Notes under the pieces: model-generated | Seen by the model: only the letters and a program-made list of their open reading frames with translations | The model's database searches: none | What the model was told of the DNA's origin: nothing | NCBI RefSeq assembly: GCF_032444005.1 | Contig: NC_091282.1 | Coordinates: 353,958,001-354,022,000 of the forward strand | Reading direction: 5' to 3' | Origin: Ranitomeya imitator | Lineage: Eukaryota | Length of the DNA: 64,000 nt | Part shown: in pieces, positions 1-10,999 of the stretch | How positions within the stretch are numbered: position 1 is the stretch's first letter | Layout of the letters: every line of letters begins with the position of its first letter | Program-made: the position numbers and the translations under genes

Positions 1-687
1 AGCTGCTAGGAAGCCACTCCTAAGGACAGGCAACAAGCAGAAGAGACTTGTTTGGGCTAAAGAACACAAGGAATGGACACTAGACCAGTGAAAATCTGTG
101 CTTTGGTCTGATGAGTCCAAATTTGAGATCTTTGGGTCCAACCACCGTGTCTTTGTGCGACGCAGAAAAGATGAACGGATGGACTCTACATGTCTGGTTC
201 CCACCGTGAAGCATAGAGGAGGAGGTGTGATGGCGTGGGGGTGCTTTGCTGGTGACACTGCATGGATTTATTCAAAATTAAAGGCATACTAAACCGGCAT
301 GGCTACCACAGGATCTTGCAGCGGCATGCTATTTCATCCGGTTTGCGTTTAGTTGGACCATCATTTATTTTTCAACAGGACAATAACCCCAAACACACCT
401 CCAGGCTGTGTAAGGGCTATTTGACCAAGAAGGAGAGTGATGGGGTGCTACGCCAGATGACCTGGCCTCCACAGTCACCAGACCTGAACCCAATCGAGAT
501 GGTTTGGGGTGAGCTGGACCGCAAAGTGAAGGCAAAAAAGCCAACAAGTGCTAAGCATCTCTGGGAACTCCTTCACGATTGTTGGAAGACTACCTCTTGA
601 AGCTCCGAAAAATCTTGGCACTCTAGATGAATAATTATCATATAAAAAAGGTTTATTGATGTGCATCCATAAAGGCAAATCGAACAT

Positions 688-715
688 TTTCGGTCCACAT
701 CCGGACCTTCATCAG
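688..715 (-). ncRNA. Minimal hammerhead ribozyme core (mirror copy in left palindrome arm)
   Basis: Reverse complement reads CTGATGAaGGTCCggatgtGGACCGAAAatgttc. Confidence 0.65.
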
Positions 716-1009
716 AACAAATATAAGAGATATGGTGCAGGGAGAAACGTTAATCCTGTCTCTATAAATTCCAATATTGGTAGGGTAGCCTGGATGCAGC
801 AAGAAGTCCTGTCCATGTAGGCGCACGTGTGATGCGACCGGAGTCGCTGGGTAAATGGCGCCATTACGATTTACCCAGCGACTCCGGTCGCATCACACGT
901 GCGCCTACGTGGACAGGACTTCTTGCTGCATCCAGGCTACCCTACCAATATTGGAATTTAAAGAGACCGGATTAACGTTTTTCCCTGCACCATATCTCTT
1001 ATATTTGTT

Positions 1010-1037
1010 CTGATGAAGGTCCGGATGTGGACCGAAA
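1010..1037 (+). ncRNA. Minimal type-I hammerhead ribozyme core (degenerate helix III)
   Basis: CTGATGA-a-GGTCC-ggatgt-GGACC-GAAA: conserved core boxes around a 5-bp helix II. Confidence 0.65.
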
Positions 1038-1869
1038 ACTTTCAACTTGCCTTTATGGATGCACATCAATAAGCCTTTTGCATATGATAATTATTCATCT
1101 AGAGTGCCAAGTTTTTTCGAATTTGGATTTGTTGGGCTGGATACCCTACTTGAGCACCTACTCTATATACTAATACGAGTGCCGTGTTGTTCTATTATTA
1201 CATACCTTTTGAAGCTCATCAAGAAAATGGCAAGAGTTGAAAATACAGAAAAATCTTTAAATGAGAAGGTGTGTCCAAACTTTTGGTCGGTACTGTGTGT
1301 ATTTTTGGTGAAGAATCAACAAGTGGAACTTGAGGGCACGTGCATAGGGCAGGAAAAAGCGGGGGGGAGGGGTAGGCGGCGCCAGAGCAAGGTTTTTTTT
1401 TCTTTCTTCCAATTAGCCCAGTGCGTCCCTTGGTTCCTGAAGACAGGGGGCGGCAGAGCGGCAGTCAGAACACGTGGTGCTGATGCAGACTCTCCCTACT
1501 CCTTGCTGAATGAGACACAGTGACCCCCTCCCCCTACTCACAGCCTAACTCCTGCGTGTCCGGAAGTCCACTTACTGGGGCTGAGGTGGAGCAACAGAGC
1601 CCTGTTTCCCGACCCTGGGACACACACATTGCTGGCCAGGACTCGCAGTAGAGCAGTACACATTAAGTACTGTAATGATCTCCCGCCCGCTGCCTGCTGC
1701 TGCCTGGCTCTGTCGTGACTCCCCTCACCCCTTCCCTCAGATTCCTCAGCGTCATTTCTGCCTTCAGACAGTGCCTGAGGCTGGAGCCGTGCACTGGAAT
1801 GTTTGGTGTTTGTTTGCTCCGAGGAGTCGGACCCAGATAGTGTGAGTGGGGTGGGTCCTGGGAGCAAAC

Positions 1870-2250
1870 GTGTGTGTGCGAAGCTGTGTGTGTGTGTGTG
1901 TGTGTGCGGAGCTGTGTGTGTGCGCGCGGAGCTCTGTGTGTGTGTGGAGCTCTGTGTGTGTGTGCGGAGCTCTGTGTATGTGCGGAGCTGTGTGTGTGTA
2001 TGAGGCGCTGTATGAGGATGTGCGGAGCTTTGTGTGTATGTGCGGAGCTGTATGTGTGGGGCTGTATGTGTGTGTGTGCGGAGCTGTATGTGTGGGGCTG
2101 TATGTGTGTGTGTGTGGAGCTGTATGTGTGGCTGTATGTGTGTGCGGGGCTGTGTGTGTGTGTGCGGAGCTGTATGTGCGGAGCTGTATGTGTGGGGCTG
2201 TATGTATTTGTGCGGGGCTGTATGTATGTGTGCGGGGCTGTATGTATGTG
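1870..2250. repeat. GT-rich minisatellite (gcggagctgt(gt)n variants); second copy 3673-4053
   Basis: Directly visible; source of the spurious CV-rich and HT-rich ORFs. Confidence 0.95.
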
Positions 2251-2316
2251 TGCCACGAATGGCAAAAATCGCTGAAGTGAAAGTAGCCTAACTCACTGCC
2301 GACAGTGTCTGCATTA

Positions 2317-2477
2317 GGGCTCATACTCGCATGCGAGAAACTCAGATGAGTGTTGAACATCAATACCCGGCACTCAGGAGCGGAGCGTGTACTGCTATGC
2401 TGCCACAGGCTCCGATCTCAGTGCCAGGTATTGACGTGCGACACTCATCTGAGTTTCTCGCATGCGAGTATGAGCCC
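2317..2477. mobile_element. PIF/Harbinger-type MITE (second copy 4120-4280)
   Basis: 37-bp perfect TIR gggctcatactcgcatgcgagaaactcagatgagtgt; TTA TSD at 2314-2316 and 2478-2480. Confidence 0.85.
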
Positions 2478-2559
2478 TTAGTCATACCAATGGGGGAGGC
2501 AGCACTAAAAGTGCTTAGGGCAGCACAAACTCTAAATATGGCCCTGATTGCATGCATCA

Positions 2560-2743
2560 CTTTTCAGTTTTTGAATTTCCACAAAAATTTAAAATAAGCA
2601 ATAAATTTCGTTCAACTTCACAATTGTGTTCCACTTGTTGATTCTTCACCAAAAACTTACATTTGGTATCTTTATGTTTGAAGAATGATATGTGGGCAAA
2701 GGTTGAAAAGTTCCAGGGGGCCGAATACTTTCGCAAGGCACTG
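2560..2743 (+). mobile_element. Right inverted repeat of a Tc1-like element (second copy 4363-4546)
   Basis: Ends gggggccgaatactttcgcaaggcactg|TA, a Tc1 terminus. A 28-bp inverted fragment of the same IR lies at 1302-1329. Confidence 0.7.
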
Positions 2744-4838
2744 TACACATATATACATACACACACACACACTTGAAACCAGAAGTTTACATACACTATA
2801 TAAAAAGACACATATGCATGTTTTGCTCAATATCTGACATGAAATCTGCTCAATATCTGACATGAAATCAGAATAAATCTTTCCCATTTTAGGTCAATTA
2901 GGATAACCACAATTATGAATATTTGCCAAATGCCAGAATAATTAGAGAGAGAGAATGTTTTAATGCATTTTTATTACTTACGGCAAAGTCAAAATTTTAC
3001 ATACACTAAGATTACTATGCCTTTAAACAATTCTGACTAGAAGAAACCTGGCACTCAACTTAAAGCTGTGAAGCAGAAACGATTTTATTTGTAGTACCAA
3101 AAGAAACGTTTCGGTCACACGGACCTTCATCAGTAACGTACTGTTTGGTGAGCAAGAAGGTATTGGGGGGAGGGGTAGGCGGCGCCAGAGCAAGGTTTTT
3201 TTTTCTTTCTTCCAATTAGCCCAGTGCGTCCCTTGGTTCCTGAAGACAGGGGGCGGCAGAGCGGCAGTCAGAACACGTGGTGCTGATGCAGACTCTCCCT
3301 ACTCCTTGCTGAATGAGACACAGTGACCCCCTCCCCCTACTCACAGCCTAACTCCTGCGTGTCCGGAAGTCCACTTACTGGGGCTGAGGTGGAGCAACAG
3401 AGCCCTGTTTCCCGACCCTGGGACACACACATTGCTGGCCAGGACTCGCAGTAGAGCAGTACACATTAAGTACTGTAATGATCTCCCGCCCGCTGCCTGC
3501 TGCTGCCTGGCTCTGTCGTGACTCCCCTCACCCCTTCCCTCAGATTCCTCAGCGTCATTTCTGCCTTCAGACAGTGCCTGAGGCTGGAGCCGTGCACTGG
3601 AATGTTTGGTGTTTGTTTGCTCCGAGGAGTCGGACCCAGATAGTGTGAGTGGGGTGGGTCCTGGGAGCAAACGTGTGTGTGCGAAGCTGTGTGTGTGTGT
3701 GTGTGTGTGCGGAGCTGTGTGTGTGCGCGCGGAGCTCTGTGTGTGTGTGGAGCTCTGTGTGTGTGTGCGGAGCTCTGTGTATGTGCGGAGCTGTGTGTGT
3801 GTATGAGGCGCTGTATGAGGATGTGCGGAGCTTTGTGTGTATGTGCGGAGCTGTATGTGTGGGGCTGTATGTGTGTGTGTGCGGAGCTGTATGTGTGGGG
3901 CTGTATGTGTGTGTGTGTGGAGCTGTATGTGTGGCTGTATGTGTGTGCGGGGCTGTGTGTGTGTGTGCGGAGCTGTATGTGCGGAGCTGTATGTGTGGGG
4001 CTGTATGTATTTGTGCGGGGCTGTATGTATGTGTGCGGGGCTGTATGTATGTGTGCCACGAATGGCAAAAATCGCTGAAGTGAAAGTAGCCTAACTCACT
4101 GCCGACAGTGTCTGCATTAGGGCTCATACTCGCATGCGAGAAACTCAGATGAGTGTTGAACATCAATACCCGGCACTCAGGAGCGGAGCGTGTACTGCTA
4201 TGCTGCCACAGGCTCCGATCTCAGTGCCAGGTATTGACGTGCGACACTCATCTGAGTTTCTCGCATGCGAGTATGAGCCCTTAGTCATACCAATGGGGGA
4301 GGCAGCACTAAAAGTGCTTAGGGCAGCACAAACTCTAAATATGGCCCTGATTGCATGCATCACTTTTCAGTTTTTGAATTTCCACAAAAATTTAAAATAA
4401 GCAATAAATTTCGTTCAACTTCACAATTGTGTTCCACTTGTTGATTCTTCACCAAAAACTTACATTTGGTATCTTTATGTTTGAAGAATGATATGTGGGC
4501 AAAGGTTGAAAAGTTCCAGGGGGCCGAATACTTTCGCAAGGCACTGTACACATATATACATACACACACACACACTTGAAACCAGAAGTTTACATACACT
4601 ATATAAAAAGACACATATGCATGTTTTGCTCAATATCTGACATGAAATCTGCTCAATATCTGACATGAAATCAGAATAAATCTTTCCCATTTTAGGTCAA
4701 TTAGGATAACCACAATTATGAATATTTGCCAAATGCCAGAATAATTAGAGAGAGAGAATGTTTTAATGCATTTTTATTACTTACGGCAAAGTCAAAATTT
4801 TACATACACTAAGATTACTATGCCTTTAAACAATTCTG

Positions 4839-5093
4839 ACTAGAAGAAACCTGGCACTCAACTTAAAGCTGTGAAGCAGAAACGATTTTATTTGTAGTAC
4901 CAAAAGAAACGTTTCGGTCACACGGACCTTCATCAGTAACGTACTGTTTGGTGAGCAAGAAGGTATTGGTATCACATGATAAATTCGTGTGAGCTGCACC
5001 AATAGTGTAAACCGATGACCTTATTGAAAATATAAGATTAGGCTTATAGAACGCGTGTATGTTTGTCCAGACGCGGCATCCACCGCTTGTCTC
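4839..5093 (-). mobile_element. 255-bp Penelope-like 3' fragment with hammerhead core, inserted in the Tc1 left IR; partial duplicate 3036-3166
   Basis: 12-bp TSD taaacaattctg (4827-4838 / 5094-5105). Minus strand: CTGATGA..GAAAC, then aataaa, then gagtgcc. Confidence 0.7.
4906..4936 (-). ncRNA. Minimal hammerhead ribozyme core (identical copy at 3103-3133)
   Basis: Minus strand CTGATGA-a-GGTC-cgtgt-GACC-GAAACGTTTC; palindromic helix III (GAAACGTTTC) as in minimal PLE hammerheads. Helix I pairing is not obvious. Confidence 0.7.
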
Positions 5094-6475
5094 TAAACAA
5101 TTCTGGACTGCACATATGATGATATCATATGTTTGGAAGCTTCTGTTTTTTTTTGGCAAACATCTGAGATAATTAGAGACACACCTGTGGATGTATTTGA
5201 ATGCACACCTTAAACACACTGCTTCTTTGTGTAGCAACATGGGAAAGTCTTAAGAAATCAGCCAAGATATCAGGAAGAGAATTATGGACTTACACAAGTC
5301 GGGCTCATCCTTGGGTACTATTTCAAGATACCTGAAGGTGCCCCATTCATCTGTAAAAACAATTATACGCAAGTACAAACAAGGTGGTAATGTCCAGCCA
5401 TCATACCACCCAGGCAGGACATGGGTTCTGTGTCCCAGAGATGGACATGCTTTGATCTGACATGTGCATATCAACCCAAGGACAAAAGCAAAAGACCTTG
5501 TGAAGATGATGGCGGAAGCTGGTAAGATGTGTCAATATCCACAGTGAAACAAGTACTGTATCAACATGGGATGAAAGGCCACTCTGCCAGGAAGACGACA
5601 TTACTCCAAAAGAAACATAAAAAAGCCAGATTAATGTTTGCAAATGCACACAGGAACAAAGACCTTAATTTTTGGAGACCTGTCCTGTGGTGTGATGAAA
5701 CTAAAATTGAACTTTTTAGGCATAATAACCATTCTTATGTTTGGAGGAAAAAGGGAGGAGGCATGGAAGCCTAAGGACACCATCCCAACTGTGAAACACA
5801 GGGGTAGCCTCATCATGTTGTGGGGTTATTTTGCTGCACAAAATAGATGGCATCATGAAAAAAGAAGTTTATGTGGCAATACTGAACAACATCTCAAGAT
5901 ATCAGCCAGGAAGTTCAAGCTTGGGCGGAAATGGATTTTCCAAATGGACAATGACAAAGCATACTGCCAAAATGGTAAAAAAGTTGCTTAAGGATAACAA
6001 AGTCAATTTTTTGGACTGGCCATCACAAAGCCCTGATCTTAATCCTCTTGAAAATTTATGGACAAAGCTGAAAAGGCAGGTGCAAGCAAGGCGACCTACA
6101 AACCTGGATCAGTTACACAGTTACATCAGTTGGGCCCAAATTCTGACCAACTACTGTGAGAAGCTTGTGGAAGGATATCCCAAATGTTTGACCCAAGTCA
6201 TTCACTTTATGGGCAATAGTACCAAATACTAAAGAAATGTAAGTAAACTTGACTTTGCAGTAAGTAATAAAAATGCCTTAAAATATTCTCGCTCTCTCAT
6301 TATTCTGGCATTTGGCAAATACGGTAATAATAATAGTAATCCTAATTGACATAAAATGGGAAAGGTTTATTGTGATTTCATGTCAGATATTGAGAAAAAT
6401 ATGCATGTGTCTTTTAATATATTGTATGTAGACTTCTAGTTTCAACTGTATATACACACAGTGAAGAGGTCTCAC

Positions 6476-6638
6476 CCAGGGGAGCCTTTTTGGTGTCATA
6501 TTTCATTTCCAACACAGTTTCTTCCATGTTCTGTAAATTACAGATGAGCTTCAGCAAATCCTGCACTGAACTTTCCAATTTGGATTCCACCACAGGGGCT
6601 GGTGGCTTGTCTACCTCCACAATGTTTTCTTCTTCTTC
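6476..6638 (-). CDS. parp2: PARP2 exon (163 bp): WGR-PRD linker and start of regulatory domain
   Basis: EEEENIVEVDKPPAPVVESKLESSVQDLLKLICNLQNMEETVLEMKYDTKKAPLG resembles PARP2 ESQLDLRVQELIKLICNVQAMEEMMMEMKYNTKKAPLG; ttcctacag| acceptor, |gtgag donor. Confidence 0.95.
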
Positions 6639-7056
6639 CTGTAGGAAAGACAGACATGCTGACATTCGCCTAATAAATCAACACATCATAAATACTGTTA
6701 CTAAGGATTCTTTTATACATACCGGGTTTTTTGCGGGCCATATCGCCGCAATTTTCATGGTCTGCCGCAATAACAGAAAAACTTGCGGATCACCGTTTTT
6801 TGGATTTCCAATACTATAGAAATAGTATTGGCAAAAAAAAACCCGGCGTTCCGCAAAACCAGAAGTCACGGTGCACCGCAAAAACAAGTTTCCGTTGTTT
6901 TTGCGCCCCCCCCAACCTTGCTTTTCAATGGGGTCTGTGTCCGTAAGCCGTGAAAATGATCGAGCAGGCTCGATCTTTTTTCACGGCTGTAAATACGGCC
7001 CTCATGGCCATATGGCGCACCGTGAAATTATTGCAGCCCCATAGGCACTGCCAGTT

Positions 7057-7535
7057 AGGTATGCCGTGCTGCACTGTAGTGTTAGGCGCTGCTAGGTAGG
7101 TATGCCGTGCTGCACTGTAGTGTTAGGCGCTGCTAGGTAGGTATGCCGTGCTGCACTGTAGTGTTAGGCGCTGCTAGGTAAGTATGCCGTGCTGCACTGT
7201 AGTGTTAGGCGCTGCTAGGTAGGTATGCCGTGCTGCACTGTAGTGTTAGGCGCTGCTAGGTAGGTATGCCGTGCTGCACTGTAGTGTTAGGCGCTGCTAG
7301 GTAGGTATATCGTGCTGCACTGTAGTGTTAGGCGCTGCTAGGTAGGTATGCCGTGCTGCACTGCAGTGATGGGTGCTGCTAGGTAGGTATGCCGTGCTGC
7401 ACTGTAGTGTTAGGCGCTGCTAGGCAGGTATGCCGTGCTGCACTGTAGTGTTAGGCGCTGCTAGGTAGGTATGCCGTGCTGCACTGTAGTGATGGGTGCT
7501 GCTAGGTAGGTATACTGTGTTGCACTATAGTGTTG
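7057..7535. repeat. 41-bp minisatellite, about 11-12 copies
   Basis: Unit ggtaggtatgccgtgctgcactgtagtgttaggcgctgcta. Confidence 0.95.
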
Positions 7536-9509
7536 GGTTATAAAATAGGAGGAGCACAGGAGTGTTTAAAAAAAGTACAAAAATACTTTATTAGCACCTA
7601 AAATATTCCATATTAATCACACACAAACAAGTGTGTGATTACTCCTCTTGAGAAAGCATGGCGATTTAGCAGCAGAAATGTGAGTCGGGGTTGTTCACTT
7701 TTGCTGCGGTGGTGTGTCTGCGACTTGGTAAGGTTATATATGTCACTATTAGTATATACATATTTTAATGGCTTACTATGCCAAACTTGCATATATACAG
7801 TAACTTTTTTGTTCCACATTCATGTTTGTACCTCTGAAGGGATATCATTGATTCTTTTTGATATGGGAGATTTAAGTAGTGTTTTCCCTATCTGAGGCAG
7901 TATCTAATTAACCCTTTTACCCCCGAAGGTGGTTTGCACGTTAATCACTGGGCCATTTTTTTAAAATTCTGACCACTGTCCCTTTATGAGGTTATAACTC
8001 TGGAACGCTTCCAATGGATCCCGGTGATTGTGACATTGTTTTGTAGTGATATATTGTACTTCATGTTAGTGGTAAAATATCTTCGATAATACTTGTGTTT
8101 ATTTATGAAAAAAAGGACATATTGCGAAAATGTTTACAATTTTGCAATTTTCAAAATTTTAATTTTTATGCCCTTAAATCAGAGAGCTATGTCACACAAA
8201 ATACTTAAAATGTAATTTTTGGAACCCCAAATTTGTTTTGGTTAGGAAGTTATAAGGGTTAAAAGTTGACCAGCGATTTCTCATTTTTACACCACCATTT
8301 TTTTTAGGGACCACATCACATTTGAAGTCACATTGAGGGGTCTATATGATAGAAAATACCAAAAAGTGACACCATTCTAAAAACTGCACCACTCAAGGTG
8401 CACAAAACCATATTCAATTAGTTTATTAACCCTTCTGGTGATTCACAGGAATTTTTGGAATGTTTGAAAAAAAACACGAACATTTAACTTTTTTTTTTTT
8501 TCACAAAAAAAAATTATTTCAGATCCAAATTTTATATTTTGCAAAGGGTAACAGGAGAAATTGGACCCCAAACATAATTGTACAATTTGTCCTGAGTATG
8601 CCGATACCCCATATGTGGGGGGGAACCACTGTTTAGGCACATGGCAGATCTCAGAAGGGAAGAGTGCAGTTTGACTTTTTCAACGCAAAATTGGCTGGAC
8701 TTGAGATCGGACACCATGTCGGGTTTGGAGAGCCCCTGATGGGCCTAAACAGTAGAAAACCCCACAAGTGACAGCATTTTGGAAACTAGACCCCCAAGGA
8801 ACTTATCTAGATGTGTGATGAGAACTTTGAACCCCCAAGGACTTCACAGAAGTTTAGAACGTAGAGCCGTAAAATAAAAAAAAAAAATCTTTTTTTCCAC
8901 AAAAATGATCTTTTCGCCCCCAATTTTAATTTTCCCAAGGGTAACAGGACCCCAAAAGTTATTGTGCAATTTGTCCTGAATACGCAGATACCCCAGATGT
9001 GGGGGTAACCACTGTTTGGGCATATGGCAGAGCTCGGAAAGAAAGGAGCGCTGTTTGACTTTTTCAACGCAAAATTGGCTGGAATTGAGATTGGATGCCA
9101 TGTCGTGTTTGAAGAGCCCCTGATGTGCCTCAACAGTGAAAACCCCCACAAGTGACAATTTTGGAAACTAGACCCCCCCAAGGAACTTCTGTAGATGAGT
9201 GGTGAGAACTTTGAACCCCCAGGTGTTTCACTAAAGTTTATAACGCCCGAGGGTGAAAATAGAAAAAAAAATTAAATATTTTTTCCACAAACATGATCTT
9301 TTAGTCCCCAATGTTTTATTTTCCCAAGGGTAACAGGAGAAAACAGGATTTTTGGTTGCTTACCGTAAAATCTGTTTCTCAGAGCCTTCATTGGGACCAC
9401 AGGAACCATGGGTGTATGCTGCTGCCACTAGGAGGCTGACACTATGCACAAAATTTTTTTAGCTCCTCCTCTATAGTGTACACCCCACGACTGGCACTAT
9501 GATAATCAG

Positions 9510-10610
9510 TTAGTGAGAAGGCAGTAGGAGAAACAACAAACTGAAAGAACACAAAACAGACATCTGAACTGTAACCATGGAACACAAAAAACAAAGGGAG
9601 AGATCAACATGGGAGGGTGCTGTGTCCCCCAATGAAGGCTCCGAGAAACAGATTTTATGGTAAGCAACCAAAAATTCTACTTTCTCCATCGCTTCACTGG
9701 GGACAGAGGAACCATGGGATGTCCCAAAGCAGTCCCTGGGGAGGGAAAAGCAGACTTCCATCAGGTCGAAGAACTCACCACTGCCGCCTGCAGTCCGTGT
9801 AGGTATGGACCCTATAAAATTTGGCGAACGTGTGGAGAGAAGACCAGGTTGCCACTTTGCAAAGCGGTAGGGCGGAAGCCCTATGGTGCACCGCCCAGGA
9901 GGAGCCCACTGCCCAGTAGAGTGAGCCTTGATCTCAGGAGGAGGCACTCTGTTCTTGACCCAGTAAGCCTCCAAGATTGCCGTCCTGATCCAGTGAGCAA
10001 TAGTCACCTTGGAGGCCAGCAGGCCTCTTCGCGTGCCATCTGGAATGACGAAAAGAGTCAGTCTTTCGAAAAGAAGCGGTTCCAGCCAGATAGGCCCTCA
10101 CTGCCCTGACCAGGTCTAGCTTGTTCAATGAAAGCTCCAGAGGATGAGTCAGAGCAGGACAAAAAGAAGGTAGAACAATGTCCTCATTGAGGTGGAAGGC
10201 GGACACCACATTGGGAAGGAAGGCGGAGGCCGCAGGACCACCTTATCCTGGTGAAGAACCAAGAAAAAAGGGCGACAAGAAAGGGCCGCCAACTCTGAGA
10301 CGCGCCTGATGGAAGTGATGGCACGAGAAAGGCCACCCTCCAGGGCAGAAATAACAGAGAAACCTCTCTGAGAGGCTCAAAGGGAGAATCTTTCAGGGCC
10401 TCCAGGACTAGATTGAGATCCCACTGATCCACGGGAGCCTGGTATGGAGGAGCTGCATGCGCTACTCCCTGAATGAAGGTCTTGACCTGATAATGTCTTC
10501 TGAAAAAGAATGGAAAGCACCGATACTTGACCCTTTAGAGAACTAAGGGCAAGACCCGCATCCAGTCCCACCTGTAGAAATGCTAAAATAGAAGGGAGAG
10601 AAAAGAACAT
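9510..10610 (-). pseudogene. DIRS tyrosine recombinase (frameshifted)
   Basis: Fragments WDLNLVLEAL..PFEPL, VSAFHLNEDIVLPSFCP, LDLVRAVRAYL, IAHWIRTAILEAY, IKAHST. Confidence 0.85.
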
Positions 10611-10999
10611 AGGTGGGATATGATTGGAGGGCCCGTTTCAACTGGTGCAAGTTCAGGTTCGATAGTAGATCCTGCAGGACGACGCCTGGATCATGGTGTG
10701 AATCACCCGATCTGAAAAACCGGACTCTTTCAGAACTGCGGTTTCAACAGCCATGCCGTCAAACTGAGCGAACGAGAATTCGGGTGGCAGATTGGACCTT
10801 GAGACAGCAGATTGGATTTGTCTGGAAGCCTACAGGGAGTGTCCGCGAGAAGGTTGACAATCTCCGCAAACCCAGACCTTCTGGGTCAATCCGGTGCGAT
10901 CAGAAAGACTGGCACCCCTCAACCTTGATCATCTTCAACAGCTTGGGAAGAAGAGGAAGGGAAGGGGAGATGAACTGAGGGACCTTCCTGTTCAGTCAG

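Larger units (their letters stand above)
606..1202. mobile_element. Penelope-like retroelement fragment: 514-bp palindrome (arms 606-856 / 869-1119) plus tail, flanked by a 15-bp TSD
   Basis: TSD tacctcttgaagctc (591-605) / taccttttgaagctc (1203-1217). Arms are near-perfect reverse complements around a 12-nt loop. Each arm has a hammerhead core, and a gagtgcc terminal motif is shared with the insert at 4839-5093. Inverted terminal structure is typical of PLE insertions (family call is inference). Confidence 0.7.
1..1295 (+). mobile_element. Tc1/mariner DNA transposon, 3' part (decayed transposase + right TIR), split by a 597-bp insertion at 606-1202
   Basis: ORFs 98-600 give WSDESKF, QQDNNPKH and WPPQSPDLNPIE (Tc1 DD34E motifs). 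Sequence resumes after the insert (gaagctcatcaagaaaatg) and ends gtgtgtccaaacttttggtcggtactg at ~1295. Confidence 0.9.
1364..4969. repeat. Direct tandem duplication, 2 x 1803 bp (1364-3166, 3167-4969), apparently identical
   Basis: Every ORF in 1538-2887 recurs at +1803 with an identical translation; gg microhomology at the junction. Confidence 0.95.
4573..6448 (+). mobile_element. Tc1/mariner (Sleeping Beauty/Tdr1-like, long IRs), full length but decayed; truncated left end also at 2770-3035
   Basis: Termini cacttgaaaccagaagtttacatacac ... tgtagacttctagtttcaactg|TA. Fragmented transposase ORFs (WCDETK, MDND, WPSQSPDLNPLENLW). Confidence 0.9.

Noticed and set aside
1538-2363. 100-200 aa ORFs rich in HT/CV repeats (and their copies at +1803)
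   Set aside because: Translations of the GT minisatellite; no domain content.
7057-7535. Regular 41-bp repeat considered as a CRISPR-like array
   Set aside because: Head-to-tail units without unique spacers, in a eukaryotic context.
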